A DNA stretch of 63,974 bases, the filler included, from Octopus bimaculoides (Eukaryota): assembly GCF_001194135.2 (NCBI RefSeq). It is 8 parts of 8 records of this genome, joined end to end, with 100 filler letters (N's around TTAATTAATTAA, not from the genome) between each part and the next. Parts side by side here need not be neighbours in the genome. Positions count along the whole stretch, not along the records: positions 19,457 to 30,552 come from NC_068995.1; positions 30,653 to 46,104 come from NC_069004.1; 6 more parts are not named here. One strand, written 5' to 3'. Both the position numbers and the translations under genes were made by a program. Below are positions 21,167 through 35,961 of the stretch, one piece after another. A model generated the notes under the pieces. That model ran no database searches, had not been told where the DNA came from, and saw nothing but the letters and a program-made list of their open reading frames with translations. How positions within the stretch are numbered: the first letter of the stretch is position 1; each line of letters begins with the position of its first letter.

Positions 21167-22489
21167 ATTGTGTTTTGAAACAAAAGCAGTGAATGTTTAA
21201 CAGAAATACGGTAGCAAATCTATCACGCCCTAGTGTCTTAAATTCAAATCAGTATGACATAATTTACTTCGCCTATTCTCAGTCAAAGAAATAATTTCCA
21301 GTTATATGCTGGACCTAAATTTAATTGACAATACCTTTCAATTAGCAATATATAGCTTTTCTTTTGTGCTAATACATAATTTTATCATGAAAAATTGCAA
21401 CGGTAGATTAAATAAACAATAGATTTTATAAAGCTGGTTGAATGTCACGTAAAACGTTATAATTCTCACGTGAACCAAGCGATTTCATCCAATAGTTTCC
21501 TAAATTTCTTTTCGGGAAGACATTAAAACAACCAAATTAAAAATATTTACGTATAATTTGCAGGGGAAAAAACTCTGCAATGAATATTACACAAGGGAGA
21601 TAACTTGACATAATTTTATTGAAATTTAAATCGATTTTTCTTTGATATAGAAATTTATATACACATTACATTTTCATTATACCACAAGGTTCAAATGTAC
21701 ACCAGAAGTAGCTTCTTTTAGTTAGATGTATTGTACATTAAACCCAAAGTGGATATTTTTGTTCTGTACAAAGAAAAATTACAGAAAGAGAATAGCCATA
21801 AAATCGGCTTAATTATCAAAGATTTTTCAAATCTCATTTAGGAAAAGAATATTAGATAGGAACCAGATTTTTTATAATTTTATTTACATACAGCTTGTAT
21901 CACAATTTAGTAAAAAAAAAAAAAAAAAAAANNNNNNNNNNAAAAAAAAAAAAAAAGAAAAGAAAAAAACAGGGGATCGAGTTATTGACACGATGTGACC
22001 AACTGGCAGAATCGGCAAGTGTGTTGTGTAACCGTCCTGCTGTAATGCTTCCAGTAATCTGAGTTCAAATCTCGTTGAATTTAATTTTACCTTCCATGCT
22101 TTCATAGTCGACGACATAATATACCAATCCAGTAATGAAGTCATTTCTTCTTTCTTACTCCTTGAATCGTGCCTGTAATTCAGCGGTATGTATGTATTTA
22201 TACATACTGTATGTATGTGCAGATTTGTATGTTTTGTGTATGTATTCTCATGCATTTAGTTGCATATCTAGACATGCTCATATATACTTAAATGATAAAC
22301 TTCTGTGTAAGTTTTACAAATTTTTACGGTTCTAGTGATGGACTGGATCTGTAGTCTTCGAATTAGCTTTCTCCTTTCTGATTTTGAGAAGCCTAACTTC
22401 TTAAGATTGGTATTTAGACAGTGTTACATATCTCAGGGTCCCAATAATTACAGGTATAAAATTGAATTTGTAATCTGGATAGAGTAACT

Positions 22490-23103
22490 GCACTGTCTTC
22501 GGCGCTTGACATTTTTATAGAGGACCCATTTCTCGTCAACAGTCACTGTTCGGTCCAAAAAAGGTTCATTCGTGAGACGTGACAGCAAAGAAGAACACAC
22601 ATTCACTCTATGCGCGTGATTAGACTCGGGAAGTTTATGAGGAACCCATTGACCCAATTTGCTGACTTTTCGATGGGACGCAGATGTCGATGAATTGTTG
22701 AAGGACCAAATCCAAGATTTTTTGCTAGTTCTTCAACAATTATAATGGCATTTTGTTCCACCAGGGTTTGCAGGACGTCCTCGTCGAGATCTACAGATCT
22801 TCCAGGACGAGGCTCATCTTCTAGGGTGTAGTTTCCGGCTCGAAATTTCTGGAACCACCGTTGACACTGGCTTACGCTTATTGTCCAATCCCCATATACA
22901 GTATTAATATTCCTCGCGCTCTCTGTTGCATTGTTGCTTTTGTTGCACTGATAAAGCAAAATATACAGAATATGCTCCTTTGTCACTTCCATTATAGCGT
23001 TGAAAAAAGAACTGTTAGAATCAAACTTGCAATCTCGTTCCTCTCCAACATTTAGTTCATGCAATTGAAAAAAAAACTGCGTTATTTATGGGATGACCCA
23101 ATA
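22490..23103 (-). mobile_element. Mariner (Mos1-like) element, 5' half with frameshifted transposase
   Basis: TA-TTGGGTCATCCCATAAATAAC left TIR at 23103; ATG at 22992: MEVTKEH..LLYQCNK..CQRWFQKFRAGNYTLEDEPRPGR..STIHRHL, then after a frameshift GQWVPHKL..PFLDRTVTVDEKWVLYKN. Confidence 0.93.
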
Positions 23104-23369
23104 TTTGTTTAAACAACCGACTTCAATAGGGTTACGACCGTACATGTTTGCATGCGCACATGTTTGCATTAATACGTCTGCTCAACATTATACAATGCAA
23201 TTGTATTCCCACAAATTAATGCAAATAACGAAAGCTACATTTTATTTGCATTAATTTGCGAATATATATGTTTCTATGACAGACATCTTGCTCGCAAAGC
23301 ATTTGGAAATATAGGTTCGGTTTGCTTCGCAGCAAGACCGAACGCAAAAGCCCAACCCACCAGGATGAC

Positions 23370-23595
23370 CAGCATCACGACGACGACGACGACCACCACC
23401 ACCACCACCAACACCATCGTCGTCGTCATCGTCATCATCATCATCTCCATGACCACCACCGCAACACCACAACCATCATGGCCATCACCACCTCTACTAC
23501 CGCCATCGACATCATCATTACAACTACCACAACAACAAATAACACTGTTAACAACATTGTCAGCACAACTACTGCTACTACCACCGTTACTACTA

Positions 23596-23635
<40 letters not shown>

Positions 23636-24204
23636 CGTTATCATCGCCATCTCCACCACCACCACCACCACAAATACAACCACTACCATCACAACCACCA
23701 CTACCACCACTACCACCACCAGCACCACCATCGCCACCACCACCACCACCACCACCACCNNNNNNNNNNNNNNNNNNNNNNNNNNNNNNNNNNNNNNNNN
23801 NNNNNNNNNNNNNNNNNNNNNNNNNNNNNNNNNNNNNNNNNNNNNNNNNNNNNNNNNNNNNNNNNNNNNNNNNNNNNNNNNNNNNNNNNNNNNNNNNNNN
23901 NNNNNNNNNNNNNNNNNNNNNNNNNNNNNNNNNNNNNNNNNNNNNNNNNNNNNNNNNNNNNNNNNNNNNNNNNNNNNNNNNNNNNNNNNNNNNNNNNNNN
24001 NNNNNNNNNNNNNNNNNNNNNNNNNNNNNNNNNNNNNNNNNNNNNNNNNNNNNNNNNNNNNNNNNNNNNNNNNNNNNNNNNNNNNNNNNNNNNNNNNNNN
24101 NNNNNNNNNNNNNNNNNNNNNNNNNNNNNNNNNNNNNNNNNNNNNNNNNNNNNNNNNNNNNNNNNNNNNNNNNNNNNNNNNNNNNNNNNNNNNNNNNNNN
24201 NNNN

Positions 24205-24262
<58 letters not shown>

Positions 24263-24602
24263 CACTGGAAGCACGCGCGCACACACACAAAAACACACAT
24301 ACAAACACACACATACATACAGACATACATGCATACATCAATAAGCACACGCACGCACACACATACGCAGATGCACCAAAACACACGCACCCGTACACAG
24401 CACGCATACACACACACACACCTAAGCACGAACACACATAACACACATACATAAATATGCACACGCGCTCCCACATATACAAATACACGCACATGCATTT
24501 GCACATACACGAATTCGCATTTCCATATGTACGCACACACACACACACGAACACGTACACACGTACATAAATACGCACTCACACGTATTAACACGGAGCA
24601 CT

Positions 24603-24640
<38 letters not shown>

Positions 24641-24981
24641 CATCTTCTAGTGGTGGTGGGGTTGTAGTGGTTACTGAAAAGTTCAATGCCTTACGACTAA
24701 CAGTTTCATCTTCGACGAGAATCGTCGGATGTGGTTCTACATAAACATGCATAAAATAATATGTAAATGTATACACACACACATATATACACGCGCACAG
24801 AGGCACGTATGCACCTGCGTCTATATCCATGCATTAAACATATATATACATACACGCACACACACACACACACACACACACNNNNNNNNNNNNNNNNNNN
24901 NNNNNNNNNNNNNNNNNNNNNNNNNNNNNNNNNNNNNNNNNNNNNNNNNNNNNNNNNNNNNNNNNNNNNNNNNNNNNNNNN

Positions 24982-25024
<43 letters not shown>

Positions 25025-25520
25025 GCATCATGCGTCACTATCATTATCACTCATTCTCATACATCCAGCCTCCATCCATTTGTTTTGTATACGCGCATAC
25101 GTATGTACACAACGTATATATACATCGCTATATGTGAATATGTAAATACACATACCTCATATAGATGCTAATGTGAGTAATTGCAGCCACACACATACAT
25201 GTGCATGTATGTATGTATGTATATATATATTTATATATATATGTATGCAAATGTGTGTGTGTATATATATATATATATATACACACACACGCACGCGCAT
25301 ATCTATATAAACAGGTGTACTATTTACACACATGCATATATACAAACGCACACACCAAGATCACATATATATTATATATATATGTATGCAAATGTGTGTG
25401 TGTTATATATATATATATATATATACATACACACGCACGCGCATATCTATATAAACAGGTGTACTATTTACACATGCATATATACAAACGCACACACACA
25501 CACACACACCCATTTACACA
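23370..25520. repeat. Low-complexity field: (ACC/ACT/GCT)n, cryptic (CA)n/(TA)n, a roughly 125-bp tandem duplication near 25215-25500, and two N gaps
   Basis: Direct reading. Confidence 0.9.
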
Positions 25521-27075
25521 CAGAACGAGTGTGAAAAATAGTTTAATCAAATTTTGATTCTTACAGACACAGACACGGCAACATGAAAACGTACGAAGAT
25601 CACACACCAAGATCACACACGGGCCCTCACACAGACAGACAAATTTCACAGACATGGAAGAGGAAGAGGAGGAGGGTGAGAGAGAGAGAGAGAGTGTGTG
25701 TGTGTGTGTGTGTGTGTAAGTGGGGGGTGAGAAAGTGTGAGGAGTGATAGTGAAAGACCTGTGGAAATGATGTAACAGATATCAAAGCAGTCTGCGAGAG
25801 ACGGCAGCCAGCGATTCTTTTAATAGTTCCGTGATGGTAATCCCCCGCCCTATCAGAGTCACGTGGCCTAACATCTGTCAGACAGACTAAGAGAGCGCGC
25901 GAGAGAAAGAGAGAGAGATAGAGAAAGCTGTGAGTGAGAGAGAGAGAGAAAGAGAGAGAAAAAAGCCGTTTGAGAGAGAGAGAAAGTAGAACGGCCAGCA
26001 TAAACACACGTTATATTACATACAGCTAAACACTAACGCATATACAATCGCTCTCACGTACATATAAGCATACAAATAGCCATATACGAATTACACACAC
26101 ACACACACACACGTGTGTACACATTACAAATAAAAGGATAATTTATGTACGCTCACATGTCCACACACACAAAATGTGTATGCATATACGTATACATAAA
26201 TTATCCTTTTATATGTAGTTTGCATTACACGTGTGTGTGTGTGTGTGTGTGTCCCCAGACTACCACCTCCCAACATCATAATTATAAAATTAATCTCCAA
26301 TTGTCTCAGTCACAGTAAATAGAGAAATCTGGACGACGAATATATATATATATATATACCTCCATCTATCTCTATACTAACAGAGAGGGAAATTGAGAGG
26401 TGCATGACTGCACACACACACACACACACACACACGCACGCACACGCACGCACACGCACGCACACACACACACCTGATCGTCTGCCACTTCCCACCCTCC
26501 GCCGTACACATCTTACCTCAATGTACCAAACTACTAACAGACAAACCGNNNNNNNNNNNNNNNNNNNNNNNNNNNNNNNNNNNNNNNNNNNNNNNNNNNN
26601 NNNNNNNNNNNNNNNNNNNNNNNNNNNNNNNNNNNNNNNNNNNNNNNNNNNNNNNNNNNNNNNNNNNNNNNNNNNNNNNNNNNNNNNNNNNNNNNNNNNN
26701 NNNNNNNNNNNNNNNNNNNNNNNNNNNNNNNNNNNNNNNNNNNNNNNNNNNNNNNNNNNNNNNNNNNNNNNNNNNNNNNNNNNNNNNNNNNNNNNNNNNN
26801 NNNNNNNNNNNNNNNNNNNNNNNNNNNNNNNNNNNNNNNNNNNNNNNNNNNNNNNNNNNNNNNNNNNNNNNNNNNNNNNNNNNNNNNNNNNNNNNNNNNN
26901 NNNNNNNNNNNNNNNNNNNNNNNNNNNNNNNNNNNNNNNNNNNNNNNNNNNNNNNNNNNNNNNNNNNNNNNNNNNNNNNNNNNNNNNNNNNNNNNNNNNN
27001 NNNNNNNNNNNNNNNNNNNNNNNNNNNNNNNNNNNNNNNNNNNNNNNNNNNNNNNNNNNNNNNNNNNNNNNNNNN

Positions 27076-27118
<43 letters not shown>

Positions 27119-28734
27119 TGATGGGGGAGAAATTGTAACACATTTTGGTGCCGTGCGACACTGGATTGATGAAACGGTGGCTGTAGTAAGCATTGGTATC
27201 CGTGGTGATTGTGTTGCTAGGGTGAGGGGAAAATGGTGATGGTGGTGGTACTATGTCTGTCTAAACCAGACGCTGCGCTTATTGCCGGGTCATGTTGTGG
27301 TGATGGTGGCGGTAGGGGGCAGCAGCAGCAGCAGCAGGCGAAGGCGGTGATGACGCTGAGTGTTATGTCTGTCTAGCCAGACGCTGCGCTTAATGCCGGG
27401 CTGATGTGGTGTCTGCGTTGCTTAATAACCTGACCCGACCCCACCCCCAAACCCGAAACCTCCCACCCTCTCCAAACTTACATAAAATGTCAAAGTCGGA
27501 TACTTCTGGCTGAGAACACCACCACCACTACCACTACAAACACCACTAGCATCGTCATCATCATCACTCCCACCACCACCATAATTATTACTGTCGTCGT
27601 CATCATGTCACCACCATATTCCTCCTCAATATCATACACATTGTAATCACATATACACACACATAGATATATATACATACAGACGTATATCACAATTAGT
27701 GGCTGAGTACTCCACAGTCGCATGTACCCTTAACGTTATTATCAGGCAAAATCAACATAATATACTGTATGACCTGTATTGTATCTTTTGAATTCCGGGT
27801 ATAATCTACTCGATAGGCTTCTATACAGCCACCGTCTACCCAATTCTATTGAAGGTATTGATCAAAGCGAAACTATAGAAAATAGCTTTTTGCCGAAGGA
27901 ATCGAACCCAGAACCTCTTGGGTTCGATATATTATGTATTAGATTTATTAGGGCTTTTTTGTTTTGTTTTTGTGGGGTACAGTGCAATTTGAAGCTGTTA
28001 TAAATAAATTGTACATTTTGGGTCGAAAATCACTTTGTCGTGGGATTTGAACCCACATCTTCTGTAAACACGACAGACGTTATGCCGCTGGAAGAATGCA
28101 CTCCGTAGAACCCATCTATCTATTTTAGAAACGTTATTCTTACAAGCGAGAATTGTATGTTGATGGAATCATAGGAACTTTATAAACTTTCGGGAGAATG
28201 TGAAAATTTTTTGAATACATCTATTAGGAACTTTGTGAAAATGTTACCCCCCCCCCTCCCAAAAAAAAAGAAACAAAACTATTGGATGGAAAAAAAATCG
28301 AAGGCTGTCGGAGATTTATTGTTTTAGTTAAAACTTTCCGCGTTCGCTAACTAATCTCAAAAAAAAAAAAAAAATTAAACAAAATAAAAAATTCGAAAAT
28401 ATGAAACGAGAAATATTTCAGAATATTTCTGAGTATGCCAGGGTTTAGAACAAATTTCCCCAGAGGGTTTGTGTCGTTAATAATGACACGTGTTTTACTA
28501 ACGACTCCAGCCAATAATTAAACCTCCATTGGACAATTTAGAAAGTATAATTTCATATAAAGAACATCTTCCAGAATTTGAAAGTGTTGATATCACAATA
28601 TATGTGTACATACAAATACATATAACATATATATAGGCCTCTTTGCTAGCAGATATTCGGTCGATGATTAAAATTGAATCATATCGTGTCGTCTTCTGAT
28701 ATCTGGTCTCCGTCTTTAATTCAGATATGCTCTC

Positions 28735-29050
28735 CCCGACCTCAGCGGAATTTGAACTCAGAACGTTAAGACAGACGAAATACCACCAAGTATTTCACCT
28801 AGCGTGCTAACGTTTCTTATTTCTTTATTGCCCACGACGGGCTAAACATAGAGGGGACAAACAAGGACAGACAAAAGGATTAAGTCGATTACATCGACCC
28901 CAGTACGGAACTGGTGCTTAATTTATCGACGCCGAAAGGATGAAAGGGAAAGTCGACCTCGGTGGAATTTGAAATCAGAACGTAACGGCAGACGAAATAC
29001 CACTGAGCATTTCACCCGGTGTGCTAACGTTTCTGCCAGCTCGCTGCCTT
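28735..29050 (-). mobile_element. SINE family D: full copy (28817-29050) plus an adjacent truncated head (28735-28816)
   Basis: AAGGATGAAAGGGAAAGTCGACCTCGGTGGAATTTGAA...TTCTGCCAGCTCGCTGCCTT; CpGs retained. Confidence 0.88.
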
Positions 29051-30243
29051 ATTGAAATCTAATCGATTTCTTTCTTTTCCTGACTAATCAACATGCGTAG
29101 CCTCGTGACAGTGTATTAAAGTTCAAATCCAGTTGACGTTAACTATCGAATGAAAACTGACTTTATATTTTCATTAAGTTTCAATGAGATGTTGATGTAA
29201 TCACTCGATACCAGTTATGTTCTAGGCTGGTATTAAAAGACAGTAAACCTTTATCCAATTCTCAAATACGGATATTTCACCTGTTCTGCTAGAATCGGTA
29301 GCAGAGTGGCAGGTAAAACACCTTGTAGAATTTACATTTATCCTTTTNNNNNNNNNNAAAACTGACTTTATATTTTCATTAAGTTTCAATGAGATGTTGA
29401 TGTAATCACTCGATACCAGTTATGTTCTAGGCTGGTATTAAAAGACAGTAAACCTTTATCCAATTCTCAAATACGGATATTTCACCTGTTCTGCTAGAAT
29501 CGGTAGCAGAGTGGCAGGTAAAACACCTTGTAGAATTTACATTTATCCTTTTAGGATGAGTTATTTTGCTTTTTTGTTTTGTTTAAATCTCTCCCTACAA
29601 ACCGACTAATGAAAAACCGACTAATTCTCCTCGGACATAAAATAATGATTTGAGATTGAAGGTGAGCCTACCGTTCAATACATGAAGACGGTGGATTCCC
29701 TGTCGTTTTCGACAATGATCATTCAGTTCGATAAACTAAACAACCTGCTCATTGTATAAGTGCGTAAGTGGTTGAGCATTTCCCAGACATGTGTACCCTT
29801 AACATTAAGCAGAATCAATGGGGGTGGTTCAAGTTAAATTTGATACAATCCATGTAACGGAATTCTTGACGAGCACCCACAGCTCCACCCCTCTCCAATA
29901 TTCCTACCTCCACGACCCATGGCTAGAGTAACTGCACTGGCCCAAGATGTTACGTAGTGGTCTTGAACCCGGAACTCCATGGGTGCCCACTGGGTCATAT
30001 CTAACATCATAGATTCGTGCCGCCACGTAAAGAAACAATACAATATTTTTTAGTGTCAAGCTGCATGGCAGAAACGGTAGAGAGGTGGCTCAAAATTTCG
30101 CTATGTATTGATGACTTTCGAACCGTAACATTCAGGTTTCAAATCTTAGCAGGGAATTGCATTCTCTCCATCACACATGACTTCATTACTCCGGATCGAA
30201 ACGCAGTAATATATTGAGATTGAATCGACTGATTATAGCTTTT

Positions 30244-30505
30244 CCACTACGGAGAGAGAGAGAGGGAGAGAGAGAGAGGGAGAGAGAGAGAGAGACAGAG
30301 AGAGGGGAGAAAGAGAGAGGAGAGAGAGAGTGTAGAGACAGAGAGAGAGAGAGGAGACACAGAGAAAGAGAGGAGAGAGACAAGAAAGAGGAAAGAAGAG
30401 AGAAGAGAAAGAGGAAAGAGAAGAGAAAGAGGAAAGAGAAGAGAAAGAGGAAAGAGAAGAGAAAGAGGAAAGAGAAGAGGAAAGAGAAGAGGAAAGACAA
30501 GAGAG
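30244..30505. repeat. Polypurine (GA)n grading into an 18-bp GAGAAGAGAAAGAGGAAA tandem
   Basis: Direct reading. Confidence 0.92.
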
Positions 30506-30652
30506 ATTACATTTTGAAACATACTGTGTGAGTGTGTGTGTGTGTGTGTGTGNNNNNNNNNNNNNNNNNNNNNNNNNNNNNNNNNNNNNNNNNNNNTTAA
30601 TTAATTAANNNNNNNNNNNNNNNNNNNNNNNNNNNNNNNNNNNNNNNNNNNN

Positions 30653-30715
<63 letters not shown>

Positions 30716-31569
30716 TCACATACATCATCACAAAAACCCATTATAACGAATCTACAAGTTAATTTTGACCCTGTAATTAAAGTTAGTTTTTTTTTTTAAT
30801 GTTATGTTGCGATTCTATTTATACCTGCTTCGTTGCTAATTTAACTATTTATCGTTTTGATGTATCATAACTGATGTGCTAACAATAACAGCCTTGGTGT
30901 CGTCTGTTTCTGCACATTATCGTATTGCGTTAAGATATAAACAGACTTACTATTGAACGACATTATCATCTGCTTTGTTGAAAACGCTTTCCATACAAAC
31001 ATACAAGAGTAATATATTTATTTTTATCAGTTACTTATCCGGTTTATAACTTAAATCTCATTTTTCTTTGTTACGTGGATTACACTGTTATCACAGTAAA
31101 CGTTTTTTATTTGCACTTTTTTTTTCACTAATTAACAATAAGATGAAAAGGCGGTGACTGTATGGATGTCTTAATACGGGAAGGATTGATGAACGAGAAG
31201 GTTGTCGTTTGTTTTAGCGTCATCATACACTTATTGTTTAAAGCTTGTATTTGAGGTGACGGCTGAAAGAAAAATGACAGCAAAGTAACATCGGATTGTT
31301 CTGCTCGCAGTAATAGTTTATGTGAAGCAAGAATTTTCCTGTGAAAGTAGTAAATATGTTGACAGTTGTTTTTTTTTTTTAAAGTTCAAATATTTTGACT
31401 GTCGTGGAGACTGCCGAATGCAAGAATTGCTTGTCATTACGCTTCTCTGTTCAGGTCACTAATCTCTTGTCTGTCTGTCTGTCTAATCTGTAAATCCAGT
31501 CTTTTAATACACTGTATAACAAATCTGACCAGACAGATTTGCGACAGCGTTAACACTCAAAATTTCTGT

Positions 31570-32015
31570 TACATGTAATCCAATCATTCATCAACAGGTG
31601 CTTGCGTAGTATACTTAAAATCAGATGGCCAGAACACATAAGCAATATGGAGCTATGGCAAAGAACGAATCAAGTTCCGATTAGAGAGCAAATATTTAAG
31701 AAAAAGTAGAAGTGGACAGGTAGCACAATTAGAAAGGACACACCAAATGCAGCGAAAAGTGCTTTACAGTGGAATCCAGATGGATATAGAAAGAGTGGTA
31801 GGCCTAAGAACTCGTGGTGTAGATNNNNNNNNNNCAGTGGAATCCAGATGGATATAGAAAGAGTGGTAGGCCTAAGAACTCGTGGTGTAGATCAACACAA
31901 AAGGAACTAGAGAAAGGGGGACATTCATGGCAGGGTATAAGTACAGAAGCGAGAAATTATGCGACATGGAATTCAATTATTAGTGGCCTATACTCCGAGT
32001 TGGAGAGTTAAAGGC
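31570..32015 (+). mobile_element. RTE-clade LINE, 3' end of the ORF (decayed)
   Basis: Translates to QSFINRCLRSILKIRWPEHISNMELWQRTNQVP..ALQWNPDGYRKSGRPKNSWCRS, typical of RTE C-termini (WP..ISN..LW.RT.Q.P; WNP.G.R..GRP). Confidence 0.85.
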
Positions 32016-32234
32016 AAGAAGAAAAAACATGTAATTTTATTAACCAGATTTTTGCTCACGTCATTACGCAATTTGTCAGAAATCTGGTTGTCGTTAACCT
32101 AAAATTTTCTGATTGAAAACAACAAAATTTTTTGATTGCTGTTTATCAAAACTTTTCTGACTGAAACACTGGGGTCAATATAATCAACTTACTGGCCTTG
32201 TGCCAACATGTGAAGCTAATGTTATTTAGATATT

Positions 32235-32445
32235 TAAGGCGGCGACCTGGTGGAATCGTTCGCACGCCGAGAAGAATGCTTAGCAGCGTTTCGTTGCTGC
32301 TTAAGTTTTAAATTCCCTCCAAGGTCTACTTTGCCTTTCATCCTTTCAGCGTCGATAAAATAACTAGCGGTTGAACCTGGGATCAATGAAATCGATTTAC
32401 TCCCTCACTCGAAATTGCTGGCTTTGTACCAAAAGTTGGAATCAA
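32235..32445 (+). mobile_element. SINE family D
   Basis: AAGGCGGCGACCTGG..CTTTGCCTTTCATCCTTTCAGCGTCGATAAAA. Confidence 0.82.
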
Positions 32446-32737
32446 TATTATTTATATATTTTTGTTAATATTAATAATATTAACCTTATGCAGACATGCA
32501 CGCATTATATCTCGCTACCTTCTTCAATCAGAAATTTCCTTCTCTCAAACTTTTAGCCGTTCTCGGTCAGACACAATCAATTCTAAGATACTGTCGGATT
32601 ATCTTTTTTCCGCTGAGATTTATTCAGTCCTGAGAATAAAAGAAATTTTGTACGTTTTGGAAATAATTAATATTGATAATTTTGATTACTAAATTTATAG
32701 TTTTGGAAATAAATATTCTAAAAAGTTAATCACTTAT

Positions 32738-33095
32738 AAGCATGGATGTATGGTAAGAAACTTGCTTCACAACTATATGGTTTGGGGTTCAATCCCACAG
32801 CGCAAGTGTCTTCTGCTATAACCTCGGACCAACGAAAGTCCTGTGGGCGGATTTGGTAGACGGAAACTGAAAGAAGCCTGTCGTATATGTGAATGTCTGT
32901 GTATGCTGGCGTGTGGATATGTGTAAGAGTGTATGTGTGTGTGTTTGTGTGTGGGTTTCGTGTCTGTTCCCCACCACCGTTTGCCAACCGACATTGGCTT
33001 ATTTACATTCCCACAATTTGGCCGTTCGTGTACGCTGGGGCAAATTTGCTCGACTGACTACTTTAAGATGGTGCTACAGTATGGCCGCAATCCTT
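32738..33095 (+). mobile_element. SINE family A, diverged
   Basis: Family homology with an internal TG tract. Confidence 0.8.
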
Positions 33096-33537
33096 TGAAT
33101 GTCAACAGTAGAACCAGATCTCACATATCAGCTTTTCTTATCGTCAATAACCATTTCAAACTCATTACTTGCAAATATCATTCCATGCAGTTAGTATCGG
33201 CAGCTGAGACAGATTGTTTGAATTGTATAAGTTTCCGAAAATAATAGTTAAAATTGTGAAGAGCATGTAAATATGTATAACAGCAAATTATTATAATTGA
33301 GGCATAACATGGAAGCGAATTAATGGTGGGAATTTACAGGAAAGACAAAGAAAAAAAGAAGTGTATCGGTAACTTCGAGGAGTTTAAATTAAGATATAAT
33401 ACTTTGTAGAAAACTAAGACGCTGATAGCGGTGAATTATACGACTAACAACACTTTGCATTAGCTCATAGCAAAATGAAATTGATAAAAACTAATACTAT
33501 TCATAGCTGGCAGACGTGCATAAAATATGTGTGTCTA

Positions 33538-33572
<35 letters not shown>

Positions 33573-34866
33573 NNNNNNNNNNNNNNNNNNNNNNNNNNNN
33601 NNNNNNNNNNNNNNNNNNNNNNNNNNNNNNNNNNNNNNNNNNNNNNNNNNNNNNNNNNNNNNNNNNNNNNNNNNNNNNNNNNNNNNNNNNNNNNNNNNNN
33701 NNNNNNNNNNNNNNNNNNNNNNNNNNNNNNNNNNNNNNNNNNNNNNNNNNNNNNNNNNNNNNNNNNNNNNNNNNNNNNNNNNNNNNNNNNNNNNNNNNNN
33801 NNNNNNNNNNNNNNNNNNNNNNNNNNNNNNNNNNNNNNNNNNNNNNNNNNNNNNNNNNNNNNNNNNNNNNNNNNNNNNNNNNNNNNNNNNNNNNNNNNNN
33901 NNNNNNNNNNNNNNNNNNNNNNNNNNNNNNNNNNNNNNNNNNNNNNNNNNNNNNNNNNNNNNNNNNNNNNNNNNNNNNNNNNNNNNNNNNNNNNNNNNNN
34001 NNNNNNNNNNNNNNNNNNNNNNNNNNNNNNNNNNNNNNNNNNNNNNNNNNNNNNNNNNNNNNNNNNNNNNNNNNNNNNNNNNNNNNNNNNNNNNNNNNNN
34101 NNNNNNNNNNNNNNNNNNNNNNNNNNNNNNNNNNNNNNNNNNNNNNNNNNNNNNNNNNNNNNNNNNNNNNNNNNNNNNNNNNNNNNNNNNNNNNNNNATA
34201 TACATAGCTCGCGCGTGTGTGGGTGGGGGCGCAGGCAGGCTAGCATCTTGACCGGCCAGTGGCTATCCAACCGTAGCTAAGCGTAGGCAGTTTAAAACAA
34301 TAGTTGCCCAATTGGAAGGAGGAAGTTAACGGTAGTAATTAACCCTCCCCCATTAGCAGCAGAATGGTAGAGCCGTTGGAAGAGGCAACAGGATATCTTA
34401 AACCGCTAAGTTTGAAAGTTTGGCATATTATTGCTGTTGTTGTTGTTGTTGTTGTCACCATCATCGTCACCATCACTGTTATTGCTACTAGAACATTAAT
34501 AACTTGTATAAAATGAACTTCTACATGGAACCTTCCAATATATACAGAAATGACACACAAAACTTCCTTTCTAAAAAACACTTACAGCTTTCTAGATACG
34601 GCTAATAGAGCTGATACCACAAACAACGTATGTGGTGGAATATTTGCTTATAAAAACTTGTATATGCACACATGAGAGTAAGGGGACATCCGAGTAAGGC
34701 TGTGCACACGAACCCACACATATAGATGTGCATTGGAGTGCCTATAGCGACCTATCTATAGTGTTTGTAGGCTTTTTGGGTGCCTTGTATTTTTAAGGTT
34801 TTTTTTTACATATATCTTTTTTATATTTTTGCATGTCCCACATGCTATACCTTCATTTATGTATTC

Positions 34867-34899
<33 letters not shown>

Positions 34900-35907
34900 T
34901 TCCTGCTGTACCCTTATTTNNNNNNNNNNNNNNNNNNNNNNNNNNNNNNNNNNNNNNNNNNNNNNNNNNNNNNNNNNNNNNNNNNNNNNNNNNNNNNNNN
35001 NNNNNNNNNNNNNNNNNNNNNNNNNNNNNNNNNNNNNNNNNNNNNNNNNNNNNNNNNNNNNNNNNNNNNNNNNNNNNNNNNNNNNNNNNNNNNNNNNNNN
35101 NNNNNNNNNNNNNNNNNNNNNNNNNNNNNNNNNNNNNNNNNNNNNNNNNNNNNNNNNNNNNNNNNNNNNNNNNNNNNNNNNNNNNNNNNNNNNNNNNNNN
35201 NNNNNNNNNNNNNNNNNNNNNNNNNNNNNNNNNNNNNNNNNNNNNNNNNNNNNNNNNNNNNNNNNNNNNNNNNNNNNNNNNNNNNNNNNNNNNNNNNNNN
35301 NNNNNNNNNNNNNNNNNNNNNNNNNNNNNNNNNNNNNNNNNNNNNNNNNNNNNNNNNNNNNNNNNNNNNNNNNNNNNNNNNNNNNNNNNNNNNNNNNNNN
35401 NNNNNNNNNNNNNNNNNNNNNNNNNNNNNNNNNNNNNNNNNNNNNNNNNNNNNNNNNNNNNNNNNNNNNNNNNNNNNNNNNNNNNNNNNNNNNNNNNNNN
35501 NNNNNNNNNNNNNNNNNNNNNNNNNNNNNNNNNNNNNNNNNNNNNNNNNNNNNNNNNNNNNNNNNNNNNNNNNNNNNNNNNNNNNNNNNNNNNNNNNNNN
35601 NNNNNNNNNNNNNNNNNNNNNNNNNNNNNNNNTCTTTCTTTCTTTTTCTTTTCTTCCTTTCTTTGTCACTTTTGCTATGAATTAAATTAATGAATTCAAC
35701 AGGATACACCGTCTGCAAGTAGTTGGGTTCAGCATATTATCCTCCATTTTCTAATTGTTACACAAATTCTGGGTAAAACCTCCACTTTTACCCGCTCCCA
35801 TTGATTGCACCTAGGATAGCACTAGTGTAGCAATAATTGGGTACCCTCCCAGCAGTATACTGGATAGATACTATCCCTTAGTTGGTTGAACGCCCAACCC
35901 CTAACTC

Positions 35908-35914
35908 TCTCACG

Positions 35915-35961
<47 letters not shown>

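Noticed and set aside
25730-25900. CpG-containing patch with CACGTG between GA tracts as a promoter
   Set aside because: No associated exon or start site can be identified from sequence alone.
29154-29551. Perfect roughly 195-bp tandem duplication
   Set aside because: The two copies abut a 10-N gap, the signature of unmerged overlapping contig ends.
31767-31892. 58-bp duplication inside the RTE fragment
   Set aside because: Flanks a 10-N gap; same artefact.
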